A stretch of 64,000 bases of DNA from a virus. The stretch is taken from the IMG/VR virus record IMGVR_UViG_3300033153_001906, positions 1-64,000 of that record; one strand, given 5' to 3'. Within the stretch, counting starts at the first letter, position 1, and every line of letters begins with the position of its first letter. Positions 28,257 to 38,598 of the stretch are shown piece after piece. A program made the position numbers and the translations under genes. The notes under the pieces are model-generated. The model did no database searches. It was not told the origin of the DNA and was given only the letters and a program-made list of their open reading frames with translations.

Positions 28257-30548
28257 TTACTCTACGGATTTTTCATCCAGCACTTCACCAATTGTTGGCG
28301 TAGGCGTTGCTATCTTTGCAGGTGTGATTGTGATACTAAGCTGTCCGTTAAGTGCAGTAATCTTAACTCGGCCACCGTCTCTCAAGTCACCATGCAAAAT
28401 TTCTTTCGCAAGTGGTTTCTTAACTTTTTCAGCAATCAATCTTGCTAGTGGTCGCGCACCCATCTTTGGATCATACCCTTCTCTAGCCAACCATTCACGC
28501 GCTTTTGCGAGACACGTAACTGTAATCTTCTTATCTGCAAGCTGTTCGTTGAGTTCGTCAATTTGGCGACTAACGATAAGCTTCATTTCTTCCATTCCAA
28601 GCTTGTTGAATTTGATAATTCCATCAAGTCTGTTACGGAATTCAGGCAAGAAGAATGATTTGATTGCAGCATCAGTGTCGCCAGTACGCTCAGGATCGCC
28701 AAACCCAATGTTCCTCTTCTCTGAATCAGCAGCACCAAGATTAGAAGTCATCAATATGATAACGTTGCTGAAATCAATGGTTTTGCCAGTTGCAGAAGTC
28801 AAACGTCCATCGTCCATAACTTGCAACAGTACAGTCACAACTTCTGGCGCGGCCTTTTCAATCTCATCAAGCAGCAACACACAGTTTGGATTGTTCTCTA
28901 CTTTAGAGATTAACTGGCCGCTGCCAGCTTCGCCCTCACCATGACCAACATAGCCAGGTGGCGCACCAATCAAACGTGCAACTGTGTGTTTCTCTTGATA
29001 TTCTGACATATCAAATCGTACAAGTTCAACTCCAAGTGCAATAGAAAGCTGTTTTGCGAAGTATGTCTTACCAACGCCAGTCGGCCCAGGCAATAAATAT
29101 GAACCAATTGGCTTTTCTGGTTCGCGCATTCCGCTTTTCGAAATCTCGATTGCGTTTGTTATTTCTGTAATTGCTTGATCTTGACCATAGACAACATTCT
29201 TAATCTTTGACTCAAGCGTTTTGATCGCATCGTTTTCTTTAACGTCAATCATTTCAACTGGAATCTTAGCAAGTTTAGATACTGTCTTAAGGGTCATATC
29301 CAACGTGACGTTCTTTTCTTTTGCGAGTTTTGCTTTCGCACCAGACAAGTCCATTACGTCGATTGCTTTATCTGGACGATATTTATTCTTCATATAACGC
29401 TCAGACAAATCAACAGCTTGGTCAATTACGCCTTTGTCATACTTGACTTTGTGGAATGCTTCGTAATACTTAGCAAGTCCTTTGAGAATACGTCGCGTAT
29501 CATTGACGCTAGGCTCAGTAACTTCGTACTTATAGAAACGACGCTTGAGTGCCTTGTCTTTCTCAAAATGTGTTTCATATTCATCAAATGTGGTAGCACC
29601 AATACAACGTAGCGTTCCCTTAGCAAGCATTGGCTTGAGAATGTTTGCGGCATCCATCGCGCCTTGCGAAGCTGAACCAGCACCCATAATCATGTGAATT
29701 TCATCAATAAACAGAATCACGTTGCCCTTTCGCTCGATGCTCTTGAGTACTTTCTTGAGTCGGTCTTCAAATTCTCCACGATACTTTGTGCCAGCGATAA
29801 GTGCGCTAATGTCTAAGCTGTACACTTCTTTAGCTTGCAGCGCCTCTGGAACTTCTTTGTCTACGATCTTTTTAGCAAGACCTTCTGCAAGTGCTGTCTT
29901 ACCAACGCCAGGATGTCCAACGTAAATGATGTTATTCTTTTTCTTACGTGCAAGAACTTCGATTGTGTCTTCGATTTCGTCTTCACGCCCAATGACGGGA
30001 TCAATGATCCCACCCTTCGAATCTTCATTAAGATTGCGGCAATATTCTTCGAGGACATCGTCAAGTTCTTGTTGGCTTTCTTGTGCGTCATGTTGTTTAA
30101 GATATTCAATGAGTTTGGTACGCTGAACTCCACCCTTTTGAATAAAGTAATATGCATAACTGTGTTCTTCATTCATAATGCTGAGTAGCAACCCATGTGT
30201 CGTGATGTCTGGGCGACCAGCGAAAATGTAATTGCTCAGTGCGCGCTGGAATACGCGCTGCAATGCTGTCGTGTGACTTGGCCCTTGATAATCATAGTCC
30301 TCATCGTCGGGAACAGAAAGTTGTGAGTTGCTTAGGTAGTTCTCGACTTCATTGCGGATGATATTTGGTCGCCCGCCAACTTCAGTCAAGATAGTTGACA
30401 GGTTTTTGTCATGTAACAAAGACCATAGCAAGTGTTCTACTGTTATATATTCGTGCCTGTTTTCAGCGGCAAATATTGTTGCGCGCTCCATGACTTGATT
30501 TATTGCGTTATTATCACCTGGCGAACGTCCGCCTGTTAAATCACTCAT
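28257..30548 (-). CDS. clpA: ATP-dependent Clp protease ATP-binding subunit ClpA
   Basis: Clp N-domain ([10 protein letters not shown]), AAA1 [17 protein letters not shown]2 [19 protein letters not shown] loop, GARPL. Confidence 0.95.
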   Translation of the reverse strand: MSDLTGGRSPGDNNAINQVMERATIFAAENRHEYITVEHLLWSLLHDKNLSTILTEVGGRPNIIRNEVENYLSNSQLSVPDDEDYDYQGPSHTTALQRVFQRALSNYIFAGRPDITTHGLLLSIMNEEHSYAYYFIQKGGVQRTKLIEYLKQHDAQESQQELDDVLEEYCRNLNEDSKGGIIDPVIGREDEIEDTIEVLARKKKNNIIYVGHPGVGKTALAEGLAKKIVDKEVPEALQAKEVYSLDISALIAGTKYRGEFEDRLKKVLKSIERKGNVILFIDEIHMIMGAGSASQGAMDAANILKPMLAKGTLRCIGATTFDEYETHFEKDKALKRRFYKYEVTEPSVNDTRRILKGLAKYYEAFHKVKYDKGVIDQAVDLSERYMKNKYRPDKAIDVMDLSGAKAKLAKEKNVTLDMTLKTVSKLAKIPVEMIDVKENDAIKTLESKIKNVVYGQDQAITEITNAIEISKSGMREPEKPIGSYLLPGPTGVGKTYFAKQLSIALGVELVRFDMSEYQEKHTVARLIGAPPGYVGHGEGEAGSGQLISKVENNPNCVLLLDEIEKAAPEVVTVLLQVMDDGRLTSATGKTIDFSNVIILMTSNLGAADSEKRNIGFGDPERTGDTDAAIKSFFLPEFRNRLDGIIKFNKLGMEEMKLIVSRQIDELNEQLADKKITVTCLAKAREWLAREGYDPKMGARPLARLIAEKVKKPLAKEILHGDLRDGGRVKITALNGQLSITITPAKIATPTPTIGEVLDEKSVE

Positions 30549-30568
30549 TGTGTCTCCCTTTAATATAT

Positions 30569-31375
30569 TTATGCATCAAAACTTTTACGGTGTTGAATAT
30601 TCATTATACTAGCTTTTTCATCATCTGTCAAGTCGCTTGGTGTGGTGATTGAGACTTGCACTAGTAAATCGCCGCGCATGTTAATTTCAGGATTTGGCAT
30701 ACCCATGCCTTCTGCGCGAACAAGCTTTCCGTGCTGTATGCCAGCAGGAATCTTAACTTTAATCGTTTTTCCATCAATATTTGTTAAACAACACTCTATA
30801 CCAACCATAGCTTCAATTGCGTTAATTTGTACAGCCGTTGCTATATCATCGTGCGATCTTTGGAATTTACGGTGTCTCGCAACATTTATAATAATGATAA
30901 TACCATCTACAAATAATTGATTTCCGCTTCTAACACCTGCTGGAATGTCGATTGTATGTGATTTACCATTGCTTGTGAGTATACGAGTAGTTCCTGTAAA
31001 TGCTTCTTCTAGTGTGATAGAAACATTTGCCATTGGATATTGGCGACCACGGTTGAAACCCCCACCACTATTGCGGTTCAGCATTTCTTCTGCCATTCGT
31101 CGTAGCGCATCTTCCATCTGTGCGTTACTGCCGCCTTTGCCAGTTTGAAATGTATATCCCTCTGGTGCTGGATTGTCATACTCTGCGCGCTTATCTGGAT
31201 CACTTAACGTTTGATATGCAGCATTAATTTCTTGAAATTTAGTTGTAGCATCAGTACCCTCATAGCGATCAGGGTGATACTTTTGGGCAAGCTTTTTGTA
31301 TGCCGTTTTGATAGCGGCAGGGTCTGCGTTTTTCGCAACACCAAGCACTTTATATAAGTTACTCATTTGATCCAA
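30569..31375 (-). CDS. dnaJ: DnaJ/CbpA-type co-chaperone (class B)
   Basis: J domain with HPD; C-terminal substrate domain; no zinc finger. Confidence 0.9.
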   Translation of the reverse strand: MDQMSNLYKVLGVAKNADPAAIKTAYKKLAQKYHPDRYEGTDATTKFQEINAAYQTLSDPDKRAEYDNPAPEGYTFQTGKGGSNAQMEDALRRMAEEMLNRNSGGGFNRGRQYPMANVSITLEEAFTGTTRILTSNGKSHTIDIPAGVRSGNQLFVDGIIIIINVARHRKFQRSHDDIATAVQINAIEAMVGIECCLTNIDGKTIKVKIPAGIQHGKLVRAEGMGMPNPEINMRGDLLVQVSITTPSDLTDDEKASIMNIQHRKSFDA

Positions 31376-31396
31376 CTTTATTAATCCCTCAAATGA

Positions 31397-31425
31397 ATTA
31401 TACTATGCTTGGAGCTGAATGTCAA
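31397..31425 (-). promoter_or_regulatory. Sigma70-type promoter for dnaJ-clpA
   Basis: TTGACA-17-TATAAT. Confidence 0.85.
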
Positions 31426-31448
31426 GCACTTTGTAGAAAAACAGGAAA

Positions 31449-31808
31449 TTATTCCTCTATTTCTGCGCCAGTTGCATCAGGACTAGGGAATTCTTCGCGG
31501 TAATAGATAATTACACCTTTCTGCTCTTTCACGTAGCGAATTACTTCTGCCATGTTCAATGACAAATTTTCGTAACCCTTAGCAGACAATGCGAATAAAA
31601 CGATTTCTTGATCGGGATAATCAGCGAGCAGTTTCTCAATCTTTTCACGATTGAAAACTGTCCACTCAACGTTACGCATTTGTAGTTGATCTGGAATAGG
31701 TGGGTGAATAACCACTGGTTGAACTGGTGTAGCTTTGATATTCACATCTTTTACGCCACCACAGCCCGCAATGAATAGCATTGTTAATATTACTAGAAAA
31801 TATTTCAT
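31449..31808 (-). CDS. Outer-membrane lipoprotein, probable o-spanin
   Basis: Lipobox IAGC, Pro-rich segment, YENLSLNMAE..RY. Confidence 0.75.
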   Translation of the reverse strand: MKYFLVILTMLFIAGCGGVKDVNIKATPVQPVVIHPPIPDQLQMRNVEWTVFNREKIEKLLADYPDQEIVLFALSAKGYENLSLNMAEVIRYVKEQKGVIIYYREEFPSPDATGAEIEE

Positions 31809-32254
31809 TTGATTGGTGGCCCTTTGAGAAAGTCTTCACTCTCTTTGCTGTGATATGTAGTGGGATCAGTGATTTCTTCTAGTTCATCAAACACTCGCTG
31901 TGTGCCACGATTAACGCGGAGTTCGATCATTCCTGGTCGTGCTTCAGCTAGTTTTTGAATATCATGTTCAGAGAAAATATTGATGGTTTCTTGTTGTTCT
32001 TTGCGAATCAGTACAGATTCATCAGCCAGCTTACCCAAATTACGCTGTTGTCGAGCTAGACTCTGTTGCATGAATTCTAAATTTGCTTCTGCTGATTCTG
32101 CGCGAGCAGTTTGTGCAGCAACTTTTTGGTTTGCTTCCATAAGTTGGTTCTGGGAATATTTGAAATATAGACCGAATAGTCCCGCCATTACAACCATAGC
32201 AATTACCATGTACATTGTTATGCCACCAAAGCCGCGTTGGTATTTGTTAAGCAT
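31805..32254 (-). CDS. Probable i-spanin
   Basis: N-terminal TM plus periplasmic coiled coil, adjacent to the lipoprotein. Confidence 0.72.
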   Translation of the reverse strand: MLNKYQRGFGGITMYMVIAMVVMAGLFGLYFKYSQNQLMEANQKVAAQTARAESAEANLEFMQQSLARQQRNLGKLADESVLIRKEQQETINIFSEHDIQKLAEARPGMIELRVNRGTQRVFDELEEITDPTTYHSKESEDFLKGPPIK

Positions 32255-32979
32255 TATGTCGCCTTTACAACAACCGACCTATCGCTACCAATCTTATTAA
32301 TGAAATAATAATCTGAGATTGTTTGAATCTCCCAGTTGCCGCCAAGCATTCCACGTAAGGAACCAAGTGGCATTGATGTGTGCATTAAGTCAATGTGTTG
32401 TTCATCTAATCGCAGACGTTTAATTAGTCTGTCTGTTGTACCAAAACCAATAAATTCAAATATAGATTGTCCGCCTGAACCGCCCATTTTGATATGTGTT
32501 TCATCTTGGTCAAATAGTAGTAGATCACTGTCTTGAAAGTAGCCTTCTACTGTTTGGTCAAATTCTTGACGAGGAACATATTTGTCCTTGTCTGTAATTA
32601 CAACGTCGTGTAGCTCAGTATCAGTCAACTTGTATAGCTGGTCAACTAGGTATGGCTGTACGCGCCACTTCGCTTTGCCAGCAACGTTTTCAATATCTTT
32701 TACAAGATCATAAAGCTTTATCCAGAAATTTGGTTGGCGTTTAAATTCTACAAATACAAGATAGTAACTATCTTCATTCGGGTTTGGACTAACTTCACTA
32801 TCAAGAAATTCGATTACACTCTTGTCAATGAATTCGTCAAGATCAATCGCAGGCAACTCGTCCTTGCAGAAAAACGTAACTACAATAACTTCTTCATTTG
32901 TGCCAGATTTTGGTTCGAACTCATCAATACTGATAAGTGGCAAAACCATATCTTTTAGTTCTAGATGTCTTAGTCCCAT
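32254..32979 (-). CDS. Hypothetical phage protein
   Basis: ISIDEFEPKSG...IVV.F pattern; part of a late operon. Confidence 0.7.
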   Translation of the reverse strand: MGLRHLELKDMVLPLISIDEFEPKSGTNEEVIVVTFFCKDELPAIDLDEFIDKSVIEFLDSEVSPNPNEDSYYLVFVEFKRQPNFWIKLYDLVKDIENVAGKAKWRVQPYLVDQLYKLTDTELHDVVITDKDKYVPRQEFDQTVEGYFQDSDLLLFDQDETHIKMGGSGGQSIFEFIGFGTTDRLIKRLRLDEQHIDLMHTSMPLGSLRGMLGGNWEIQTISDYYFINKIGSDRSVVVKAT

Positions 32980-32983
32980 TATT

Positions 32984-33499
32984 TTATCCTGGAAAGTTCT
33001 GGTAAGATGGTTTGTGGTCGTTACCAAGCACATTCTCATGTCCAAGTCCGCCTGGGCCGTCTTTAATGTCTGTGACTAGTGGCTTTGCGCGGGCAAGAAC
33101 AACTTGTGTTAGTTCTTTCTTTTTAACTGGATTATTACTGATCCCCAATTGCTCGCATGTTAGCGCAAACTGGTCAATCAAATCATCAAGCGCATCACCA
33201 TCGAAGTCACTGACTTCGTTGATTTGCTCAATAGCTTCACCAAGACCAGCATTCAGTCTTGTCTGTATTGCATTGTCCACAGCGAATCTTACATCATCCA
33301 GTTCATCTCTAAGATAAGCGTCAGTGATCGCTGAAAGATCGTCAAGATCATCAGTATTGATTGCATCACCATACTCTGCAATAATCTCATCAGCATAAGC
33401 AAACCCCAATGCTTCGATGTAGTCTTTTTTATCAAAGTTATACAAGTCGTTTTCATTAACTACTTGTACTGCTTCCATTAGTTTACGCATCTCGTTCAT
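32984..33499 (-). CDS. Acidic protein with MNEMRKLMEAV N-terminal tag
   Basis: Tag shared with 20136..20408; internal 'INE' junction. Confidence 0.7.
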   Translation of the reverse strand: MNEMRKLMEAVQVVNENDLYNFDKKDYIEALGFAYADEIIAEYGDAINTDDLDDLSAITDAYLRDELDDVRFAVDNAIQTRLNAGLGEAIEQINEVSDFDGDALDDLIDQFALTCEQLGISNNPVKKKELTQVVLARAKPLVTDIKDGPGGLGHENVLGNDHKPSYQNFPG

Positions 33500-34086
33500 T
33501 ATACTTCTTCCGTTGGTTGTTCGAATTCATCAAAGCCTTCTTCACGCGCATCTTCTTCTGCGCTTACTTCAGCTTCTTTGTTTGCATCTTCACTATCAAG
33601 ATTATCGTCCCATGCTGCATTAATGTCATCAACATTAATCTCATCATCTTCAAGCTGTAGCATAGCTTCTTGTGCTTCATCTACAAACTTGCGTGGCATT
33701 TCGATTGTTACTAGCCAAACTGGATGCTCAAGAATCTTAGCTTGTTTGCGCTCGTTACTCAATCCACCCTTAAGATCCTCACCACCCAGAACCCTTGCTG
33801 GTTCTAAGAATGTATCTTTTCTGTAATAGACTTTGCAACCATATTTTATTAAGCGCAGGCTACCATCTGGATTAGGCATCAATGTCTGTGGATACATCCA
33901 TGTAGTCGTGAACCAATAGCGATCAATGACTGGCCCTTCTACTAGCTCACCATCCATCCAATTCTTATACGCATACAGGTTAGAATTGTCAAGGGTCTTT
34001 TCAAACTCCATTAACAATTGAAGTGACGTTTCTTGTCCACTGACTCGCTTCAAGAGCGACATTATTTCATTTACTTTCTTTGGCAT
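33499..34086 (-). CDS. Hypothetical late protein, leaderless
   Basis: ATG 7 nt after GATAAATAC; Y.NW..GELV.GP...RYW motif. Confidence 0.75.
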   Translation of the reverse strand: MPKKVNEIMSLLKRVSGQETSLQLLMEFEKTLDNSNLYAYKNWMDGELVEGPVIDRYWFTTTWMYPQTLMPNPDGSLRLIKYGCKVYYRKDTFLEPARVLGGEDLKGGLSNERKQAKILEHPVWLVTIEMPRKFVDEAQEAMLQLEDDEINVDDINAAWDDNLDSEDANKEAEVSAEEDAREEGFDEFEQPTEEV

Positions 34087-34093
34087 AGTGTAT

Positions 34094-34102
34094 GTATTTA
34101 TC
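34094..34102 (-). promoter_or_regulatory. Late-type promoter GATAAATAC
   Basis: Intergenic exact match. Confidence 0.75.
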
Positions 34103-34113
34103 AGGTTTCTCTA

Positions 34114-35136
34114 TTAACCGTAGATCAATTCGTTTATCATTTTGTACTTAATATTGAAAGCATTCATCAATAATGCTACTTCCTTGAGACATTCGTTGCG
34201 ACCACCACCGATCAAATAGCAGTTATTATAGCGTTTTAGCTGATCTATCGCAGCCCAACCAACAATTAATGGATCGTCTACTAGATATTGTGGCTCAGTA
34301 TTGATTGACTGCGCAACAGGCGTCAAGAATTTTTCTATTTTATCCTCATCACCACCAAATAGTTCGCGGGAATCGTTTATCTTTTGCTTGTACATCTCAC
34401 GTATAATGCTGATAATGTGCCCTTCCTTGATACCAATATCCATCCATGCGCGTAGATAACCATATCCCTTGTCGAATATTTCAACTCTGTTCCAGTTTTT
34501 AGATTCAAATCCGCTGTCTTCCCAATACATCTGTACATCAGCTATAGTATCAGATGTTAGCCCTTCTTGTTCAGCGTTTACAAACATGAGACACGGTGCG
34601 CGAGAGTCATTTACAAATCGTATTGCGTTTTCAAATGTTCCATCTTCATCGCCGTCATTCATACCAGAGTATTCAGGCTGTATATCGACGCAAACGATTG
34701 GTCTGCCGCGAGATGCTTTTTCGTTTAATTTCTTTGGGTTATAAGTTTCGACCTTGACAATATTCTGTGGCGGAACTGGCTCATATGTTTTAAGCCAATC
34801 GCCTTGCTGTCCTGCTTGGCTCATTGGATCGCCTTCGTCTTTCTCAAATTTGTGATCTGCTAGGCCACCGAATGTAATAATTGAAATCTCACCAGACCCA
34901 AGTGTTTGGTTAAAGTCCCAATCCATGCGCCCAGCCCATCTATTCGCATCTTCTTTGTTAGTGAACATATAGATTTCGCCTGCCCCATAACGCTCACCGC
35001 TACCCTGCTGCACCCAGTTGGAGTCCGCACCCATTTGGTGCAGCCCATTCTTTTGAATGCTCGGAACGTGTTTAGTATGAGTTACGTGATAAAGCTCATT
35101 CTTCGATGTTTCGTTTAGTAGCTCATGCGCCCTCAT
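34114..35136 (-). CDS. Two-domain protein: ART-like domain plus cysteine-hydrolase (isochorismatase/nicotinamidase-like) domain
   Basis: MRAHELLNE tag; LYHVT....SI..NGL; linker LNEKA; IVCVDIQPEY...GGGRNECL. Confidence 0.65.
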   Translation of the reverse strand: MRAHELLNETSKNELYHVTHTKHVPSIQKNGLHQMGADSNWVQQGSGERYGAGEIYMFTNKEDANRWAGRMDWDFNQTLGSGEISIITFGGLADHKFEKDEGDPMSQAGQQGDWLKTYEPVPPQNIVKVETYNPKKLNEKASRGRPIVCVDIQPEYSGMNDGDEDGTFENAIRFVNDSRAPCLMFVNAEQEGLTSDTIADVQMYWEDSGFESKNWNRVEIFDKGYGYLRAWMDIGIKEGHIISIIREMYKQKINDSRELFGGDEDKIEKFLTPVAQSINTEPQYLVDDPLIVGWAAIDQLKRYNNCYLIGGGRNECLKEVALLMNAFNIKYKMINELIYG

Positions 35137-35474
35137 ACAATAGCCTCGCTCGGAATCGTTCCGCGATGAATAGCATATCCTTCAGCTTGCCAGGTGTATC
35201 GCATATTACGCTCAGTATCTAGTTTGGTAATGTCAATTTTTAGTGCATCATCAGATAATGGTGTCTGTGAAAGATATACTACCATATCTCCTTCTTCCCA
35301 ATCACGAAATTCGTGAGCAAGTACTGTTTCATGTGGTGGGAATGGGTAACTATCAATGCCCCCTTCAGCATTTAACTCTCTGCTACGCAAGCTATGATAC
35401 CAGTATCGCGGAGCTTCGTAGTACTTGCTCATCTGTACTGTTTCTTCCTCGTTTAATATCTCGTTAGCTCTCAC
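35133..35474 (-). CDS. Small ART/Tpt1-like protein
   Basis: GTG start (V)RANEILNE coupled to the upstream stop; YH..., VYLS..P, H.G.IP.EAI. Confidence 0.5.
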   Translation of the reverse strand: MRANEILNEEETVQMSKYYEAPRYWYHSLRSRELNAEGGIDSYPFPPHETVLAHEFRDWEEGDMVVYLSQTPLSDDALKIDITKLDTERNMRYTWQAEGYAIHRGTIPSEAIV

Positions 35475-35929
35475 TAGAATGGCTCCGATGCTACTATTCT
35501 TGCTTTGGGTGCTAAGTATTCCCAAACATTTTCGTTGGGATGAGGAACACCATTCCAATAATTTAGTGCTAACTGTTTTACTTCGTCTGACTCTATATCA
35601 CCACCATTCTCAAGTACGCCACCAATTTCAGACATCCAATTCATATCATGTCGTTCCACTTCGCCAATAGGCTCGACTGTAAATATATAATCAGTGCCGC
35701 CACCTGCATTATCAACATCATCTTCATTATCGACCATAAATACTGACCAGCTATGCTGCCTATATTCCATTGGTCTATATTTTTCTAATGCAATAAACCA
35801 TAGATTGTTACCCCAATTTTCTTCATAGTCATCTTCGCCTGGAGTTAAGATGGTTCCCACGGGCAAATCATCCATGCTTCCATGATATAGAAGCTTTTTA
35901 GATTCATGCAATATCTCGTTAGCTCGCAT
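35474..35929 (-). CDS. Arr-like ADP-ribosyltransferase-fold protein
   Basis: MRANEILHE tag; LYHGS..DL.VG..L.PG, Y...VEP.G, WEYL. Confidence 0.6.
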   Translation of the reverse strand: MRANEILHESKKLLYHGSMDDLPVGTILTPGEDDYEENWGNNLWFIALEKYRPMEYRQHSWSVFMVDNEDDVDNAGGGTDYIFTVEPIGEVERHDMNWMSEIGGVLENGGDIESDEVKQLALNYWNGVPHPNENVWEYLAPKARIVASEPF

Positions 35930-36857
35930 TATGCTGCTTCCATGCTGTAGCATACAATACTGATTCCCAATCTTCGCCGTAACGTTTCTTAAATTCTGGC
36001 TTGCGCTTCTTAATCCAGCTTTCCATTCCTGGTGGTGCTTCTTCATCTAAGTTTTTTTGTGGCGTATAAGTCATACCATCTGCGCCGCTAGATGGATCAG
36101 GAGCAAATCCCCTGCGCTTGTACCAAGCTATGAGTTGACGTTTTGTTAGCTTACCTTCACTATTTCCAAATGGACTAGCAGATAAACGCAATGGAACGCC
36201 TGTTTCGTCAGCAAGTGCTACAAGCGTCATTACTACGCCGTTTGCAGACCCTGATCGTTCGCCAGGCGCAAGTGTTTGAATTGCTGAAAGGTTGATGTAA
36301 TCTTTAAACGGCTGTATTGTTACTGTTGATTTACCATCCCATGCAATGCGCGAAGAAGAATCAAATGGATGCACTTGTGTTACTTTTAAGTACTTCTCCA
36401 TAAATTCATCAACTGCAGGATTTCTCTTGCCTGCTGATGAAAGTTTTATTGCTGCTTCTTCCATTTCCACTGGCGCATCTTTCATTATGAACACAGGAAG
36501 TTTCTTAACACCAATTTCTTCTGCTGCCATTGCACGATGCAATCCCTCTTGTCCAAAGTAATCATTTCTGTAATCTAGTTCAAGCATAGGAAACTTGTCG
36601 CCACGCTTCATATCAAATGCGTATTTTTTGATTAGCTCTGGTGTGCGCCCGCCACGAACCAATCCTTCTGAACCATTGTTCCTGAAACCGATTTCACATG
36701 CTTGAATATATTGAGTAGGAGTCATCCATTGTACACTACCAACGACACCCTTCTTCTCACGCCAGTAATCAGGATTAGCCATAATTTCCATTTGATTCGG
36801 CGTGTTGTATTCGTCAGTTTTAAATGGCTGCAAATTATTTAATTCATATAATCTCAT
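35919..36857 (-). CDS. Multidomain protein: ParB/Srx-like, GNAT-like and short C-terminal helix
   Basis: QEGLHRAMAA...G...LPV; linker MEEAA; LADE.G..L.L.A.P...L..WYKR.GF; linker LDEEA; FKKRYG.DW.SV.YATAWK. Confidence 0.65.
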   Translation of the reverse strand: MRLYELNNLQPFKTDEYNTPNQMEIMANPDYWREKKGVVGSVQWMTPTQYIQACEIGFRNNGSEGLVRGGRTPELIKKYAFDMKRGDKFPMLELDYRNDYFGQEGLHRAMAAEEIGVKKLPVFIMKDAPVEMEEAAIKLSSAGKRNPAVDEFMEKYLKVTQVHPFDSSSRIAWDGKSTVTIQPFKDYINLSAIQTLAPGERSGSANGVVMTLVALADETGVPLRLSASPFGNSEGKLTKRQLIAWYKRRGFAPDPSSGADGMTYTPQKNLDEEAPPGMESWIKKRKPEFKKRYGEDWESVLYATAWKQHNAS

Positions 36858-37381
36858 AGTATCTTTACCTGTTCCCGTGAGAATACAACAACTTCATCAC
36901 CATTGAGTCTGTCAATAATTCCCGTTGCTGCATCAAATCCTGCAGCCTTAAGCTTGTGTACCATCATTGGCGTAAGGTGTGAGACGGTTTGCTTATGCTT
37001 ATATCCAACTGCTTTCAAATCATCTACTGTTGCTACGTTTTTAGCACTAATCTTAACTTCTCTCACTTCACCATCTGTGAATTGGTCAGAGAAAAATGTC
37101 GCATCGCTTTTGTTTACCGCAGCATAAAATGTAAATGGAATTTCTCCGATTTCATCAAAGTCTTTTAGTTCTTGTTCCATATTTTCTATACTAAATGCTG
37201 TTTGATAAGCGTAAGCAGTTTCTTTATCTGGCAGATTGTCGTACATTTTTTTCCAAGCGGCAATATGTCCTTTAAGTTCTTCAGTTCGAAGTTCCCATGC
37301 ATCGTCAGGAACTATCTCAGGGTTCTGTGATTGTCCTTTGTAATGTGGTGCATCGACCATTGCTATTTCATGTAATCTCAT
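36854..37381 (-). CDS. Protein with polyvalent-protein ART-like C-terminal motif
   Basis: MRLHEIA tag; L.AAGFD.......E.VVF...Q.K. Confidence 0.5.
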   Translation of the reverse strand: MRLHEIAMVDAPHYKGQSQNPEIVPDDAWELRTEELKGHIAAWKKMYDNLPDKETAYAYQTAFSIENMEQELKDFDEIGEIPFTFYAAVNKSDATFFSDQFTDGEVREVKISAKNVATVDDLKAVGYKHKQTVSHLTPMMVHKLKAAGFDAATGIIDRLNGDEVVVFSREQVKIL

Positions 37382-37384
37382 CGT

Positions 37385-38038
37385 TTACCTACTATTTATG
37401 AATCGTCGTATATCATCATTGGTGTAGCCTAATAAGATTCCAAGCTTAGAATGCCATAATTCCATTTTTTCAAACGGCCATTGTTCTCTGTTTACGTATA
37501 GGCTTTGTATTTTCTTGGCTCGCCATTCTTGTCCAGGAATCGTCAATACAAAAATTTCCCAAGTCATTTCAGGACTGTCTGGTACTAGTAATGGGAATTT
37601 GATAAGCTCACCACTCTCAACATATTTTTCAAATGGTTCCATTTGCCAATCATCAATTATTATTGCTGGCTTCTTTCCTGCAAGAAATAATTGCAAATAA
37701 CGACCTTCATGTGGTCCGCGCCAAAGTTCTTTTTTTGTATTCCGCCCATCTAGCTCATTCTTGTAAGCACCTTCTTCGTGATCGTCATATGGCAACGAAT
37801 GATCTACTGGTTGGCGCTTAAATGCTGCTTCATCCACTTCTTTTGGTTCTAGCTTAGACACCCTTGGCTTGTATAGCTTTTGGTCGCCCTTGGTTGTTTT
37901 GAGAACTGGCTGTCCGTGATCGTCTTTAGTAAAGCCCTTAACTTCTGCTTTACGATTCTTCCACTTGCCAACCTTAACCTCGTCACCCACGCTTATGCTA
38001 GGTGGATTAAGTGTTTTTACTACTTCAAATAATCTCAT
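37385..38038 (-). CDS. Two-domain protein: KOW/SH3-like plus unknown domain
   Basis: MRLFEV tag; VGDEV.VGK.KN; linker VDEAA; G.LLGY...DI..F. Confidence 0.6.
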   Translation of the reverse strand: MRLFEVVKTLNPPSISVGDEVKVGKWKNRKAEVKGFTKDDHGQPVLKTTKGDQKLYKPRVSKLEPKEVDEAAFKRQPVDHSLPYDDHEEGAYKNELDGRNTKKELWRGPHEGRYLQLFLAGKKPAIIIDDWQMEPFEKYVESGELIKFPLLVPDSPEMTWEIFVLTIPGQEWRAKKIQSLYVNREQWPFEKMELWHSKLGILLGYTNDDIRRFINSR

Positions 38039-38418
38039 CGTGGGTATCTTACCATTTTGCCACCGCCAATTGCAAAATCCATTTTACGTCCTTTGTTCTC
38101 AATAAATCCAAATCGCTTATAAAATTTAATAAGCCTCGATCTTGATGTTGTGCCCTGCCCTGTATCTTTCACACCTGGTGTTAATACGATAGTAAATCCA
38201 TGTTCATCAGCATATTGTGCCAAGTCAGTCATAGCGCCAGTCCCAGCGCCCTGTTTTTGGTTGGCTTTCTCAACGTGGATTGCACTAAGTTCAACCATGT
38301 TATTGCCATTATCATACAACCAAAGCTGTTTCAGGCCATGTTTTTCTTTCATAGCACTAGCAAAGGCATCCAAACTATCTTGGTTATTCTTAGGGGCAGC
38401 AACTTCAAATAATCTCAT
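38035..38418 (-). CDS. GNAT family acetyltransferase, leaderless late gene
   Basis: LS.I.V....Q.QG.GT..M..L..YAD, L.KFYKRFGF. Confidence 0.8.
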   Translation of the reverse strand: MRLFEVAAPKNNQDSLDAFASAMKEKHGLKQLWLYDNGNNMVELSAIHVEKANQKQGAGTGAMTDLAQYADEHGFTIVLTPGVKDTGQGTTSRSRLIKFYKRFGFIENKGRKMDFAIGGGKMVRYPR

Positions 38419-38422
38419 ACAC

Positions 38423-38431
38423 GTATTTATC
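38423..38431 (-). promoter_or_regulatory. Late-type promoter GATAAATAC
   Basis: 4 nt upstream of ATG 38418. Confidence 0.78.
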
Positions 38432-38472
38432 GACTTTTATTATATACACTGACATTAGGAACGCCAAGTCTA

Positions 38473-38479
38473 CTAAATA
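38473..38479 (+). promoter_or_regulatory. Late-type promoter variant CTAAATA for phoH
   Basis: Divergent from the 38431 promoter; TAAATA core. Confidence 0.5.
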
Positions 38480-38598
38480 TTAGTGTATATGAGAAAAGAC
38501 TTCACTATACAATTCGACACACGCTCATCTGCGTTCCAGCAGATGCAAGCTACCTTGAATCAAATCACAGCAACTCACAACCCCTTAATGGAGGACAG

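Noticed and set aside
28240-28944. 234-aa plus-strand ORF
   Set aside because: Antisense shadow of clpA; no SD and no independent motifs
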